This document shows positions 1 to 13,121 of a stretch of 64,000 bases of DNA, piece by piece (positions within the stretch are counted from its first letter, which is position 1; every line of letters starts with the position of its first letter). Both the position numbers and the translations under genes were made by a program. The stretch comes from Balanoglossus misakiensis (taxonomy: Eukaryota > Animalia > Hemichordata). The notes beneath the pieces are model-generated. The model had not been told where the DNA came from. It ran no database searches and worked only from the letters and a program-made list of their open reading frames with translations. The stretch covers positions 8,125,129 through 8,189,128 of the forward strand of contig CM082576.2 in assembly GCA_040954595.2 (NCBI GenBank), written 5' to 3'.

Positions 1-370
1 GGCCTTTGTCGCTATCCGACATGATTGTCCGTGATCATTTGCCAAGATTGGTAATCAGGTGTCTATTATTTTGAAATAACATCGACACGCTATTTACACT
101 CACACATTTGCAACTTAGCTCCACTGGCGTGCATATTATGTTAAACGTCGACATGGGCACAGTAAACAAATACTTAATGTAAAATCAATTTGCATTTGGA
201 CGTGGGTATCTTTCAATTGCAGAGAATAGCGAAACCATAATTTTTAAATGTTTATTCGTCATTCAGTCGATTTTGTTTTGGAGACGTCTTCAAGTGTGGC
301 ATGTTTTGCCTCTCATCACAAGATGGGTCGGGTCGTCGGACAAAAAACTGGGAATAGTGCGAAAACGTCG

Positions 371-518
<148 letters not shown>

Positions 519-3500
519 AAAACTACACTGGCTTCAAGTTTTACTTAAAAATGGGATCGATTTCCCCCTCCGTGATCAACATAATTACTTCATTCTTTGC
601 AAAATATGGAAAAGTTCAGTCCCCACGAACGTTGTGCATTTCGTCAAAGCTGTTTTTTTCCTTCAATTTGGCGAGATTGTTCTTAAACAACACCGTAGTG
701 GGGTGTCCCGTGGCGATTACGGGCCCGGAGTTTTTGGACCCTTTCGCAGCAGGGTCACCAACCCGTACCGAAGCGGATTAGTCCCATTAACCCCTTCACT
801 GTTCGCCGGTCTTTGAGGGAACCTTTTCAAAGAACTCCTTACACTCCTAAGACCCCACTTGAGCGTTGCTTCACAAGACAGCACCAAAAGACCTTCAACT
901 TGGCGCTTCAATGCCAAGTGGGCCCGGAACAAAAGTCTGCGTGGTAGACATAACCGGATTCAGTTTACGTGAAGGTGCTTCCTTAATGCAATAAAATTAA
1001 ACTGCTGTCCTCGTTTCTTGGCGATATCGCGTGGAAAGGATTAGTTTCGTTCATGGCCGTGGACGTGTAACCCTCGAACACTGGGACACACACTTGAAAA
1101 ATTATGATGTTCTACTTGAGGGAGCTGCGACAGGTGCATGTGGTCTTAGCGAAGTGCATGCCTGACCAGGGCACGTCCGGCCTGCCTCCCCTCAGAAAAA
1201 AAATCTAGAAAATTGGCGGATGGGTTTCGTTAATTGCCGGCGTTAAACGGGAAATTAAGATCTTTCTTCTGTTTCAACTAAAAGCTGACGCGGAACGAGA
1301 GAAAAGTCACACCTGCCCGCAGGTCTGAATGGGGAAGGGATCGCAAAAGTCACGGCTAGGGCTATTGTTGAAATGAACACCGATGCAAAGGGCGGATAAA
1401 AAAAAAACGAAAAGCGACTTACGGAGGAGCCAGATAGTCTGTGGGCCCCAACAATATTGAAAAGGAAAGTCGCTCAGTTTGAGATGGCTCGCCCCTTTCA
1501 GAATGCATAGGCTGGATTACTCGGAACCCCTGCCAGGTTTACATTGGTGGTGGATGCGGATTAATTCCTTGAAGACGACCCCTGCAGTCAGTGTGAAATA
1601 TTTGAGTTTTTTTCTGCTCGTCCTTTTGTTTCTCCCCACGCTGCCCATTGTGTTCTGAGGAACCCTTAATTATCGAACTTTGTTGCAAGAATTAAAGAAC
1701 GCGTAATCCCCTTGTTGGGTTGAATAATCTTGTTTTGACGATCATCGTCGTCATTAACGGACCATATACCGGGCCTGGATTCGCACAGGTGGATGAGATC
1801 ATGGGCCCCGATAGGGCAGAAGTAACACGTCGTAGTCACACCCTTGAAGAAGAAGAAAACGAGATATTTTTGTGCTGGGAACATTTAAAGACGAAGGCAT
1901 ATATATTCTTGGTGTGAGAAATGCTAAAACTGGGAGAGTTTGTTTTTTTCCTTGTCTGTTTTGATTGCTGGGTTTGGAGGCATGCCCGCGGGGCCGGTTC
2001 AGGCAACTTTGTTTAGGCTATTGATAACTTTTCTAAAGGCCCATAGTTAAATAGGAGTTGCATTAATCCGTCCAAACACAACGTGCAGCTACCATGAAAT
2101 AGGCTGTTTGTGTGCCCCCAACAATGGCGAAATGTGGAGAGACAATAAAGTTAGGGAAGAAGCGGGGCCCAGACTCGACTGATAGTTCATTACACGCTTA
2201 TTATGAAGTCCCCCTAAAAAGAGGCGTAATTGCTAAGTTTGTGTCCCCCCATTCATCATGTTGTCCAAATCATCTTTATTGTTTTTTGTTTCCGAACCGT
2301 CAACTTCGATGGAGAGGTCCCCGGACCCTCGAGGGTGCAGCCTGGACATCATCACCGTATTTTTTTCGGGTGTGAGAAGACGAGCGGTTGGGCTGATCCT
2401 GGCTTGAGGGGGGGCCCCGCACGAAGTAGCGGCCACAGGTATGAAAACACAACCCTAGGACGGAGATTATCTGGCAAAACCCAGGATTCTATAACCAGGG
2501 AACAAATTGTTTTCTTCCACGGAGCACTGAATTGGATGATGATTGTAATCTCCCGGCACAATAAAGGCCTTCCATTGTCCCTCCTCATCACTTATTTACG
2601 ACGATTTGTTCGCCGTGTTTTCTAAACACCACCATTGTCTTGTGACGTGGGCCATTCAGCCTTATATTTCCATACTATTTACATTGCGCTGTTTGGCATG
2701 CAAGGGCGCGCTGGCTCTATTGAAGCCCCGGTCAGTAGCTACAGACTTTGCACTGACTTTGCGAGTCACTTTCATTGATGCCTTTCAGCCGCTTGCGTAA
2801 TCAAGTGTCGTATGTCAGAATAGGCTAAGCACACGAACAGCAAAGGTTTTAAACCGAAATAGTGGCTCTTAGTCCACGGGCCCTCTGTCGGAACCACGAT
2901 CGGTGATTTGCAATAAAAACGGGACAAAGGCGTTCTTCAGCGGTAAACTACACTACTTATTTCTTGAGAGACAACTTTAAGTGTTAATGACACAACTGAA
3001 AGAAGGGAGAGTTTTTCTAAAGAATGCGCACAGACGAGCGTGTCGTTTCCAATTTTGCTCCGAGTCTGTGAAGTGTTTGTGCAAGGCTCTGCCCCGATGG
3101 TGGTCTCTGCCTTCAAGAGTAATACACATGTGAATCCATTCAGTGTGAGAAACAGAAGCATTCCGCAGGAAAGCGCGATTGTCAGTGGAAAAGAAAGAAG
3201 GAAAATCACGGTGTGATCCTAAAAACAGATGCTAAGAAGTAAACGACCAGCGAAATGATTTCACTTTTCACCTCACCCTTGTACGGCAGCAAGGGCGCCC
3301 TCAACAGATCATGTAGTGCCACGTACACACGGCAGATAAGACAACTTTACCAAAGCATGACTCAGTCTATGCAGTGTACGCTCAGCGTCAGGTTGATTGA
3401 CAGTAAGTTTCAGACGGGATGTTTACATCCTTGATGAGAGAGAGGAGAGAAAGATACAAACATCTCTGCTCACAAGCATTGTTAGGTGTTTCAAGAACTT

Positions 3501-4436
3501 TCTGATACAGTAACCAATATCGGGACTCTGAACTGTGTAATCATTCGTGTTTTGTGCAAATTCCGTAGACGGGAATGATTTCATTGACGTGAAACTAGGT
3601 AGATGATTTTCGCTTTCGGGTGTGGAGTTTTCGCTCGGGGCTGTGGTGCCTTAATTGCGTAGAACTTAAGTACTCCCCCTATATTTCCGAAAACAAACAA
3701 TAAAAATGAGTGGTTTTGTCAGCTTCTTAACGATATTTTGTACGGAGACAATGACATTCTTTATTACGCCAGAAAAACTTTCCCTCCCTCCAAAACAACG
3801 CGAAAACAATGGAAGAATTCGGGGTAAATGCCCAATCGATAGTGTCGTCGCTTTGTCCCACGTGGAACCCTAAACACTCTGTAACACGTACAGGCATGAC
3901 CTCCGAGCCAGAAAGTTCAATTTTCTGTTCTCAGAGAATCCATGGCGATTGGGGTGGGAGAACTCCGCGCCGGGAGAGTGTGTTTGAGACACTGATGAGA
4001 AATCAAAGGAGGCCCAGTTGGTACATGTGTGGGCTTTATTTATCGCACAAATGTTGTCATTCAGTGGCGACATTTAGAAGAAATCATGTGGAAACTAAGG
4101 TGATTACGACCGTGTTTTTTTGTGAATGGGTCGAGGGTAACAATGGGGAGGGTTTCTGTGAATGCGCCATGTGTAGGGAAAATCCTTCCAAGCTCTCCAC
4201 AGAAAAGGTGGATTGAATCAGGACTTGCAAATCCGCCGATTGTTGCCGGAACAAGTGCAGAGTATTTAAACTAGACACTTTGACAATAATTTCTGAAAGG
4301 ATTACAAGGCGGATTACACGATAAACAAACGAGTGTCACCCCGTCTCCACCGGCTTAACTCGCTGAGGGTTTAGTCTTTGCCACAATCGCTGTTGTGAAG
4401 AGTGCAATCCGGCGTAACTCAGCGACAATATGCATG

Positions 4437-4552
<116 letters not shown>

Positions 4553-4643
4553 GATCGCAAAATATCAGCTTTAGAATTCCCGTCTATTATGTATCAATGC
4601 TTCTAAATAAACTGCAAATGAAGTGCAGTAAACACGTTTGACG

Positions 4644-4747
4644 TTAAAGGCACATATTTGTTTTATGTGGGCATTTGTTTCTACAGGTACACGGAGCTGT
4701 TTATTGGGAAACAAAGGGTCAACGGTGCATACCATATGCCCCTTTAA
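4644..4747. mobile_element. Possible ~96-bp Kolobok-like MITE remnant
   Basis: Left end TTAA-AGGCACATAT, right end ATATGCCCCT-TTAA. Imperfect TIR (8 of 10 match) with TTAA on both sides. Confidence 0.3.
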
Positions 4748-6472
4748 AAATTTCTTTCGTCGTATTACTTTTTTGACGGCTCACAATATCAGGCAGTTAA
4801 AAAGAAGCACGTACACTTCTCTCACCTATGGAAGAGGTGTCCTTCCTTTAAAAATTAACAATACGGAGGCAAACGTCTGTGCGCCAGTTATGACCGATAA
4901 AAAATGGAGATTTTGGGGTTTATATCTTTTAATTGAAGAAGCCAGGTGGCCATTCGTGTTTCGGATACAAGAATGAGTCATACAAACTTTTATGGGAGAA
5001 AAACAACAACAACATTTCGATATAAAAGACTTTCCAGATGTATTCGCATTATCTGAAATGCCCAGTGCCAACTAATACCATTTCGCTAAAAGACTTTCCC
5101 TAAGATTTACACTGGTAATTTGCGCTATATCTGGTGAATATCTTGCACGGGATTCTTTTGTCTGCATCATACTCAGGATCTTTGAGAGAGCATCTCAACC
5201 CCCGTGGGCCCGTAATGTGCACGTATTCAGGTTGACCATTTAGGCAAGTTTTCACGCTTTTTTTGCACGATAGGCGGTCGCCGAGGCGCGTGTTTGTACC
5301 CCCTGTTTACCGGCCACATCGGTCGGTTCTCCTCCCAAAGCGGGGTACACTCCCGCCGCCCCGTTCTTGCTCGGTGAATGTGCCTCCCGCCATATTTGCA
5401 GGTAATCGAGACTGAGAACGACAGTTCGCCCGAGGGCGCCAAAGGTGGTCTTTTGGGGCGCTTTGTTAGTGCACCACTGCCGCGCAGCCTCCGCTAACAC
5501 AGTGCTCCATCCCCGTGCACCGAGCGTCGGTCGGACCTGAAAAACCGCCCGGTTATACAGCGATGCCCCTACATGGTTTCCCTGATCGGAATCTATCAAC
5601 AGCGGCCATTTTCTCACACAACCCACAACCGGGCCCTTCGCCCTGAGAAGCGAATAAAAAAAACGCTATTCTGTTAACGACTTACAGATGTCTTGATCAA
5701 GAAGCAGATCTGGCAACTTTTAATGTGCACAAAAGTTTCAAACTGAAAACAAACTATTAGACTGACGTTGATTCATCTCTGGAAGACCACTAAGCTTTGT
5801 TCCGTATCTGTACAAAAAAGAAAGAAAAAGAAAACAAATCCCCAGCAGCCTGTCCATCAATCTGTCAATAAAAACCCAAACAACGACACCATCCAAGTTG
5901 AAATAACGGCGACAAAATCAAGCGGAAAGCGACATTACGCAAAAGGCTCTGCATAGACTACTATAGCTACAAATCCGTTTCTCGGGATTTAGCCGTGAGC
6001 TCCGAGTTTGTGGTGGCCATCTAAAGGGGGAAAGAAGAAAAGAGGGCTCACGCAACCACTCTCGATTGCCACACCTTGGCCATTGTGCCTTTGCACACTG
6101 TTCAAGTGGATCGCCCTGAGCCCAGGCAACTGCCCGCACACCGTCTGAGACGTTCAGGTGGCGGCTCGAAGTGTCTAGTGGCCGCGACCTGTCAATCTCC
6201 GCGGCCCACAAAATGCATTAGCCCCCAAGACAAACGCCGGCGCGAGAGAATCGAGTCCTTTTTAAACTCGAATTTATGAGCAAACACGGCTAAACTAATG
6301 CCCACTTGTACAGACTCGTGCCCCCTGTGACACAAACAATTCTGTATGCAGAGTCATCTTTCCGTGTTAACCAAAAGACGACTGTTGCTCACCCTGGAAA
6401 TGAAACCCGCTTCCGATCAACAGGTGGTCGAAAAAAGGGCCATTCTACCGAGTTCTACAATTAATCCCGTTG

Positions 6473-6614
<142 letters not shown>

Positions 6615-8963
6615 CGGAAACTCGACTGTGAAAAACTTGAAGCTATTTTATTATTTTTCTTTAAACATTTCTAGTGGGAGTCATACAAACGCAACCCTTG
6701 ATAGTCTAAATCCCCCAAACAGTATCAAGAACGTACACAAACGCAACTAGAAATCGTTTGTGGCCGAGGGAAACGACTAAACAGTCCCTTGAGAATAATC
6801 TGTCTCTCTTCGCGATGCCCTGTGAATGCGCCACTAGAATCCACCAAGTGGATAAGCCCTTACTTACACGATTTTAATAGGCCGTGGTTGCCGGCCTGAA
6901 AGGGCGGGTTGGTTAACTCTTCTGTTCGCGGGACAACAATATTGACGCTGGGGATTGTGGTGCATTCAAGTGAGTGCGACTGAGGGGCACCTTTAAATAC
7001 CAACCCCGGTCTGAATGGGCACAGGCCCGGGCTTGTGCAAGACACCGAGCGTTTCGCTTCCAGGCCCCTCTGCCACTGAGGCCAATAAACCCGGGCAGTG
7101 GCGGATTTTCTCCGATGCCCTGTGGCGCTATGTATACAAAACAATGATTCGAAGCCAATGTTTCTCGCAATTACCGATATTGTTTCGACTTTTTTTCTGG
7201 CGTGAAGAAAGGGGAACGTCAGTCAACCGTCTTGTTAACTGAGTCGGATACGCATCTGCATGGCAGTAAGATTAGCGTTCCGCAGTCAGAGATTTTTTTC
7301 ACAATACCTCACCAAAACAGGTTGTAAGAACTAAAGGTTTAATACACATATTTAATTGTTTTCTTTTTTTATTTGCCCGAAGTTTATTGTGACCACTGAC
7401 ACCAACATGGACTGCCTGTTCACAGCGCCGTCCAATCAAAGATTGGCATGAGGGCGCACTTCAACAAATTTCCGCGTTCTTTTAATGAACTCCGCGTACA
7501 AGTTTTACACGGATACGAAGTTAGATGTTTTCAGCAAGAGTTATATTTATCCTGTAGAATTGATGGAATGTAACTGATTTTGGTCAATTCACGGGTAATG
7601 TCCCGCGAGGCAGCAAGACTGCCAAATACTGCCTGTAATCGTGTGTCTTAACGATATTCATAACTTTCCAGATGATTTTCAATAATCTTCTTCTCTCCCA
7701 TAAATAATCTGGTTATAAAAAAAATACATATAGATATATCAACTCTATGGAATAGGTACGAATCCCCAGATTAGCTTCTGTAACAAGACAAGAAGACGGG
7801 TTCGGAAGCGAGATTGCTATGGCCAAAAGAAAGATTTTTCCAGAGAGCCTGTCAGTGAGTGGTAGATTGACCCCTTTTCACCGAAGTGTCGTAAAATTGA
7901 GATTTACGACGTTCATAAATACCGTAAACTTCGTTTTAACATCACCCATGTAGTTTCCCATTTGATTAGGAAATTGACTTCAACAATGAACAAACAGACA
8001 GAAGTTTATCCCCGAACACGCCATATAATCTCGCCATAAACCGTGACAGCTCGCGGTCTCCAGGTGGCGTCTTTGTTTTCCGTAAAAAGGGGCACCGATT
8101 CTGTGAGTCCAAATATCAACTGAAAAGCACAATACTACCACACGGTGACGAGTCTCACGCCCCATTCGCCGCGCACTCTGTCGTTTATGATTTCTTGTGA
8201 ATAAGACAGGCACACACAAGCCGTCGCTTCAGTTTAATCATCATGTGAATTTATTTCATCACATGGACGACTTGTGGTCCCGCTTCCAAACGCTGAAACG
8301 TGTTTTCCGGGGGACAATCTAATAACCATAAAACGTTTTATCGCCGCCTTAAAAACGAACTGTCTGGTCACGGTGCGATGAATCCGCTTTCATCAATTGT
8401 GTTGCATTATTTTTTATTTATTTTTTGCTTTGTGATACAGGGTTATTCTTCTCGGAGTAAATCCGTGGGTATATGCATGTGCAAGATTCGGATTCCGCGC
8501 ATGTGTGGCGGATCGGACCCTTCTTTCGTTGCCATGGTGCTTTCAACAGGTGTTGCGCAGGAAGACTGAGAAAGACCTCCGGCGCACGAAAAAGAAAACG
8601 GCGCAACAATGTTGACCGTGCTCTGTTATTCTCGCAGCGAAGAAAACAAAACAGGATGGACTATAAAACCTAGTATTTTCTAAAAGAAACCTTTCGCCGA
8701 CATTTTCCCATCCATTTCCACACATTTGCACCCATAAATGTGTCCTGCTTGTAGTGTTCATGTATGATTTATGGGTTGTTCACACACAAAATGCGTTTGC
8801 AATCCAGAGCATAGCAGCGAGAAATTCACCCCGCTACAGCAGCCAGGAATGGCTTAGGCAGCGATGGAGTGTTTAAAACATACGACACATTCTCTTATTC
8901 ATTTCTATTTTCGACTTTATTGCGATGTAACATGTTTCGCGTTACTGTAATTTGTACTTTGTT

Positions 8964-9013
8964 AGAACAGAACAGAACAGAACAGAACAGAACAGAACAG
9001 AACAGAACAGAAC
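8964..9013. repeat. (AGAAC)n pentanucleotide repeat upstream of GDPGP1
   Basis: Ten AGAAC units about 160 bp upstream of the predicted GDPGP1 ATG. Confidence 0.95.
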
Positions 9014-9174
9014 ATGCATATTCATATCTGGTTACGTAGACTAGTAACTACATTGTACATGTACATGCATGACGTGGTGGTTTGTCGGATTTCCATTTTA
9101 CGACAATTGATTATGCATGCATAAGCAGGAAAGGGTACCGTTTTGCGGCAGGAAGATCCACGCGTGCAGGAAAG

Positions 9175-12100
9175 ATGGACGCGCCCATGAAAGAAACGCC
9201 GGTAGGTGTAATCGTAGCTATCGAGGGCCCGGTCTGTACCCGTTTTGAAGTGATTCGTCGAAATTCTAATCAAATGTATATTTTAGTGTTTACGTACGGA
9301 CTTTGCCAAGTCTTAGGACGAATTAATCCACAGAGTCCCGGCGATTTGCAAGGCGTGTCTGTGCCATGAAATGGAAAGTTGTTACTATGCACAGTCGCTA
9401 ATTACCTTCGTTGTTACGTGTGTATGTATCCGGCGTTACTGAAATAAGTGAAATGTGTTTATCATGGCTCACACACATGAAATATCAGATTCCACAAGGA
9501 AAAGATCCCAAACAAACACGGGACATTTAATTCAAAAATGTTTTTTTATTATAGAACGTGTGCATATGGGGTATTAACATTTGATTTACATAGAATTAGA
9601 ATATGTCGGTGGGTTTTTCTTCTATTTTCTAGTCACTTAAATATTTCAACAATTCAATTGATGTTAAAATATCGTATAGAGCCCCATTAAATGTCATTAA
9701 TAAGTCTCTAAATATATATGCACTAATAAATAATGCCATGTATGTTTTCACACCCTACCCACGCATGTGAACTGAAATATTCCAGTTTTATTTGCAGGAT
9801 GATTATTCTAAACCAGGTAGATTTCTATATGGAGAAGAAGACTTTGTGTTTGAATCGAAACCATGGGAAGAATCAATGACATTCCAGTTAAGTGAGGTAT
9901 GGCAAGAATGAGATAACCTGAAAACATGACACAATTACACATTGTTCACTACCAGTGACTTGTGCTGACATGAGCTGTTTTCTCCATCATTTATTACCAT
10001 ATTGTGCTGAGTATCCCAGCTCACATCTGATGATAGGTCAGCTTTCATAACACTCATGCCCCCCAAAATCTGTTGTTTTAATCGATAAAGTAAGTTACAT
10101 TACTTAGAGTTACACATGTAACAGTGTGGTTGGGTTGTGATAATGCTTATGCATTGATCAGGATTTTAGTTTTTTGCTTACTAAGATACTGTGCACATCA
10201 GTAATTAACTTCTTTTTTTGCAGTTTGATAAGCAGCTGATGGCCAGATGGGACCATGCAGTGGAGAAAGGATATTTCCGCTATGCACTGTCAACTCTGAA
10301 GACGAAAGTCATTCCAGGAAAATGGAAATACGTTGCGCAGGTAAACTTAGGGTGGTGTGTTTTGAATCGAGGGCTAATCAAGTTGAATAGATAGCAAGGA
10401 GTTCCCCGTTCAAGCTGTAATGTCTCAAGAAACACAGTTGTGGGCTTCTAAAAATGCAGCTAAAACTACACAGGCATGTCAGAGTTATAACTTTTCTCTA
10501 AAGCTGTTGTCCTAAATTTGTCCTGTCAGTGTGTTTTCGTTCAGGTAGATTCTACTTATGGACTGGTTTATTATTATTTTTCCCCAGCTAAATATGAAAC
10601 CATAAGTAGATTCTAATTATATTTTATCGTTATTTTTCCTTCAGCTAAATATAAAACGAGCCACAGAGAGAAGGAAACCTCAGGAAATCCAGAGTGTGTC
10701 TCAACCTTTTAATCCAGATCTTTTTAACTTTTTAAAGATCAGAGAACATGAGGTAGGCCGTAGTATTTGTCTTACTGATAATCATTGATTACCAGCTAGC
10801 AGAAGATCAACATCCTTTGGCCTAATTATGACTTAGAATAAGAAAGTATGCAAAACCAAATTTGTTCTAACACTTGCTCTTCTCAACAGATTCTTCTAGA
10901 ATTTATACCAGAACAAGTGATGAATGGCGATGTTGATCTGCCAAATGGCGCAGAAGATGTTGAAGGCAGAAGAGACAGAAACCTCATCATCATTAACATC
11001 AGCCCTCTTGAATACTGCAATATACTTCTAGTACCGAGCGTTGATCAGTGCCTTCCTCAGGTGGGTACTCTCTCTAGCGCGTCGTGGATGTTTTGACCAC
11101 CAATAAGGACTGGTTTCTCTCCAGTTGGTTGCGAGGTGGGGAGAGGGGGTAACCTCCAAGAGCTGGCTATTAAACATCCAGTCATTTCATGGTTTCATTA
11201 TTCAAGCCTATTTGATTGCACCAAGAGCATGACTGTTGACACAACCCCCCTACCCCCCCCCCCCCCACACACACACACAGAAATTATAACTTACACAATT
11301 CCACAGATTAGAAATTCATGTGTGTGTTATTTTCAACTTGCAGGTGCTGACACAGAGTGCAATAGAGTTGGCGCTGAACATGATGCTGATAAGCTCTAAT
11401 CAGTAAGTAGTGTTGTGTTTTTGATGTAAATAAATCTGCATAAATATTCTATATTCGGGTCTGAAAAAAGTTGGAACGTGCAAGGATTTAGGGCATGCAT
11501 GGAACAGTAGTTAAATATGATTAAGAATTGCAAAGACCATGTGGTCAAGGTTTCCCTTTTTTTCATTTGCATATCTTATCATTTCAGTTTATGTCACTTT
11601 GACCTTTGTGCCGACATGTCCTTGAGTGAAATTTATGAAAGATGTCATTCCAGCGTTAGATTAGATTAGTCAACTTTTAAATGGTCTTTTTTGTCCTCTG
11701 CAGGGCTTTCCGCATTGGATGGAACAGCTTGTGTGCATTTGCGTCTGTCAACCATCTTCATTTCCACGCCTACTACCTTGACAAGGAGTTGGCCCTTGAG
11801 TATGCTGTGAGTGTCCAATCGGAGATAATAGTGTTTTAAGGGAAGAGGTCAAGGTGTAAAGGTGACAGGTCGAAGACTGCAAATCAGAGAGACTTTTGAG
11901 AACGCAATAGTAGTGTGCTCATTTTTTGAGCAGACAAGTGGTGATGTAATAAAGTTGAAAGGTTCCTGGAATCTTAACGTATCTGCTGTTAACTTCATAC
12001 AGGAGACCAAGTCTGTAGTTGATGGATGTCATGAGATTGTCAGCTACCCAACCAGGGGACTAGTATTCCAGTTGGAGGACAGAAACGTCAAAAAGCTTGC

Positions 12101-13121
12101 CAAGTAAGTACATGTATCACTGTTATTGAAAACCACACCTGAATGTATGTGCGGTATTGTTGTCTTTACTCTCTAAAAGAGAGTTCAGGGGCCAGTTTTA
12201 AGGGGCTACCGTTTAAAAAAAAGGCTTAATACATGCACCATGTTTTCATCAATCTCCTCATAGGTTGGTATACTGGGTCACATCCTGTTTCCAAAGCAAT
12301 GACATAGCACACAATATGTTCATCACCCGAGGCACAGTGTTTGGGCGTGGCAGAGAGAGCTCTGAAAGAACTGTCAGGGTTTATGTGTGGCCGAGGCGAT
12401 CTTCATACGGTAAGCAGTGTGCTGTCTAGTTGTCTTCAATGAAAGCGATTAGTTTCAGAGGACATGTGATGATATACTAGTAGGCCTGTTCAGCAAAGGA
12501 TTCTAAGTTTTCTACTCTATTTTCCCTGTGCATAACTCAGTGATATTTCCGCTGGCCATTATGGGTATGTAGGAACAATTTGAAATTACAAGGCATCGTT
12601 CATCCTTTAAACATCTGTAGAGATATGAAATGTGAAATGATTTTCGGACTTATTTATTTTCCCCCCAGGAGCCAAGACGGAAGATGCGTTCAACATAGCG
12701 GTGTGCGAGTTGGCTGGACACCTTCCAATCAAAGGTATTGTCTCTCATATTCACATACATGTCTGGCAAAAAACAGAGTGTTACCACAATAATAAGGCGA
12801 GCATTTTGCAGTAAGACATGCAAAAGACAGGAATGTTGGAAGCAGTGTGGTCAACTTTTCCCAATCTGTGAGTTTGCAGAGACTCTAAGAATACTTTTTC
12901 AATGCACGTTTTAACCCACTTGCTTTTATTGACTGTTATTTATCTTTTTTTCCCACCACCTGACTGTGTTTCACAATTTCTCATTTCCGTTCACAGTTGA
13001 GCATGAGTACGACACCATGACGGAAGAGAAAGCGTCCCGTCTTTTGAGAGAGGCCTCGCTGTCAGAGGAAGAGTTTGACAGAATCAAAACTCAGCTGATC
13101 CCCGTGTTAAACGGCAAATGA
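9175..13121 (+). CDS. GDPGP1: GDP-D-glucose phosphorylase 1 (VTC2/HIT-like family), 11 coding exons
   Basis: Frame-consistent GT-AG exons: 9175-9201, 9798-9896, 10224-10340, 10645-10752, 10890-11060, 11344-11402, 11704-11806, 12003-12103, 12264-12409, 12669-12734, 12997-13121. Motifs [63 protein letters not shown] (HIT-like), [23 protein letters not shown]. Exon 1 is the least certain. Confidence 0.93.
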
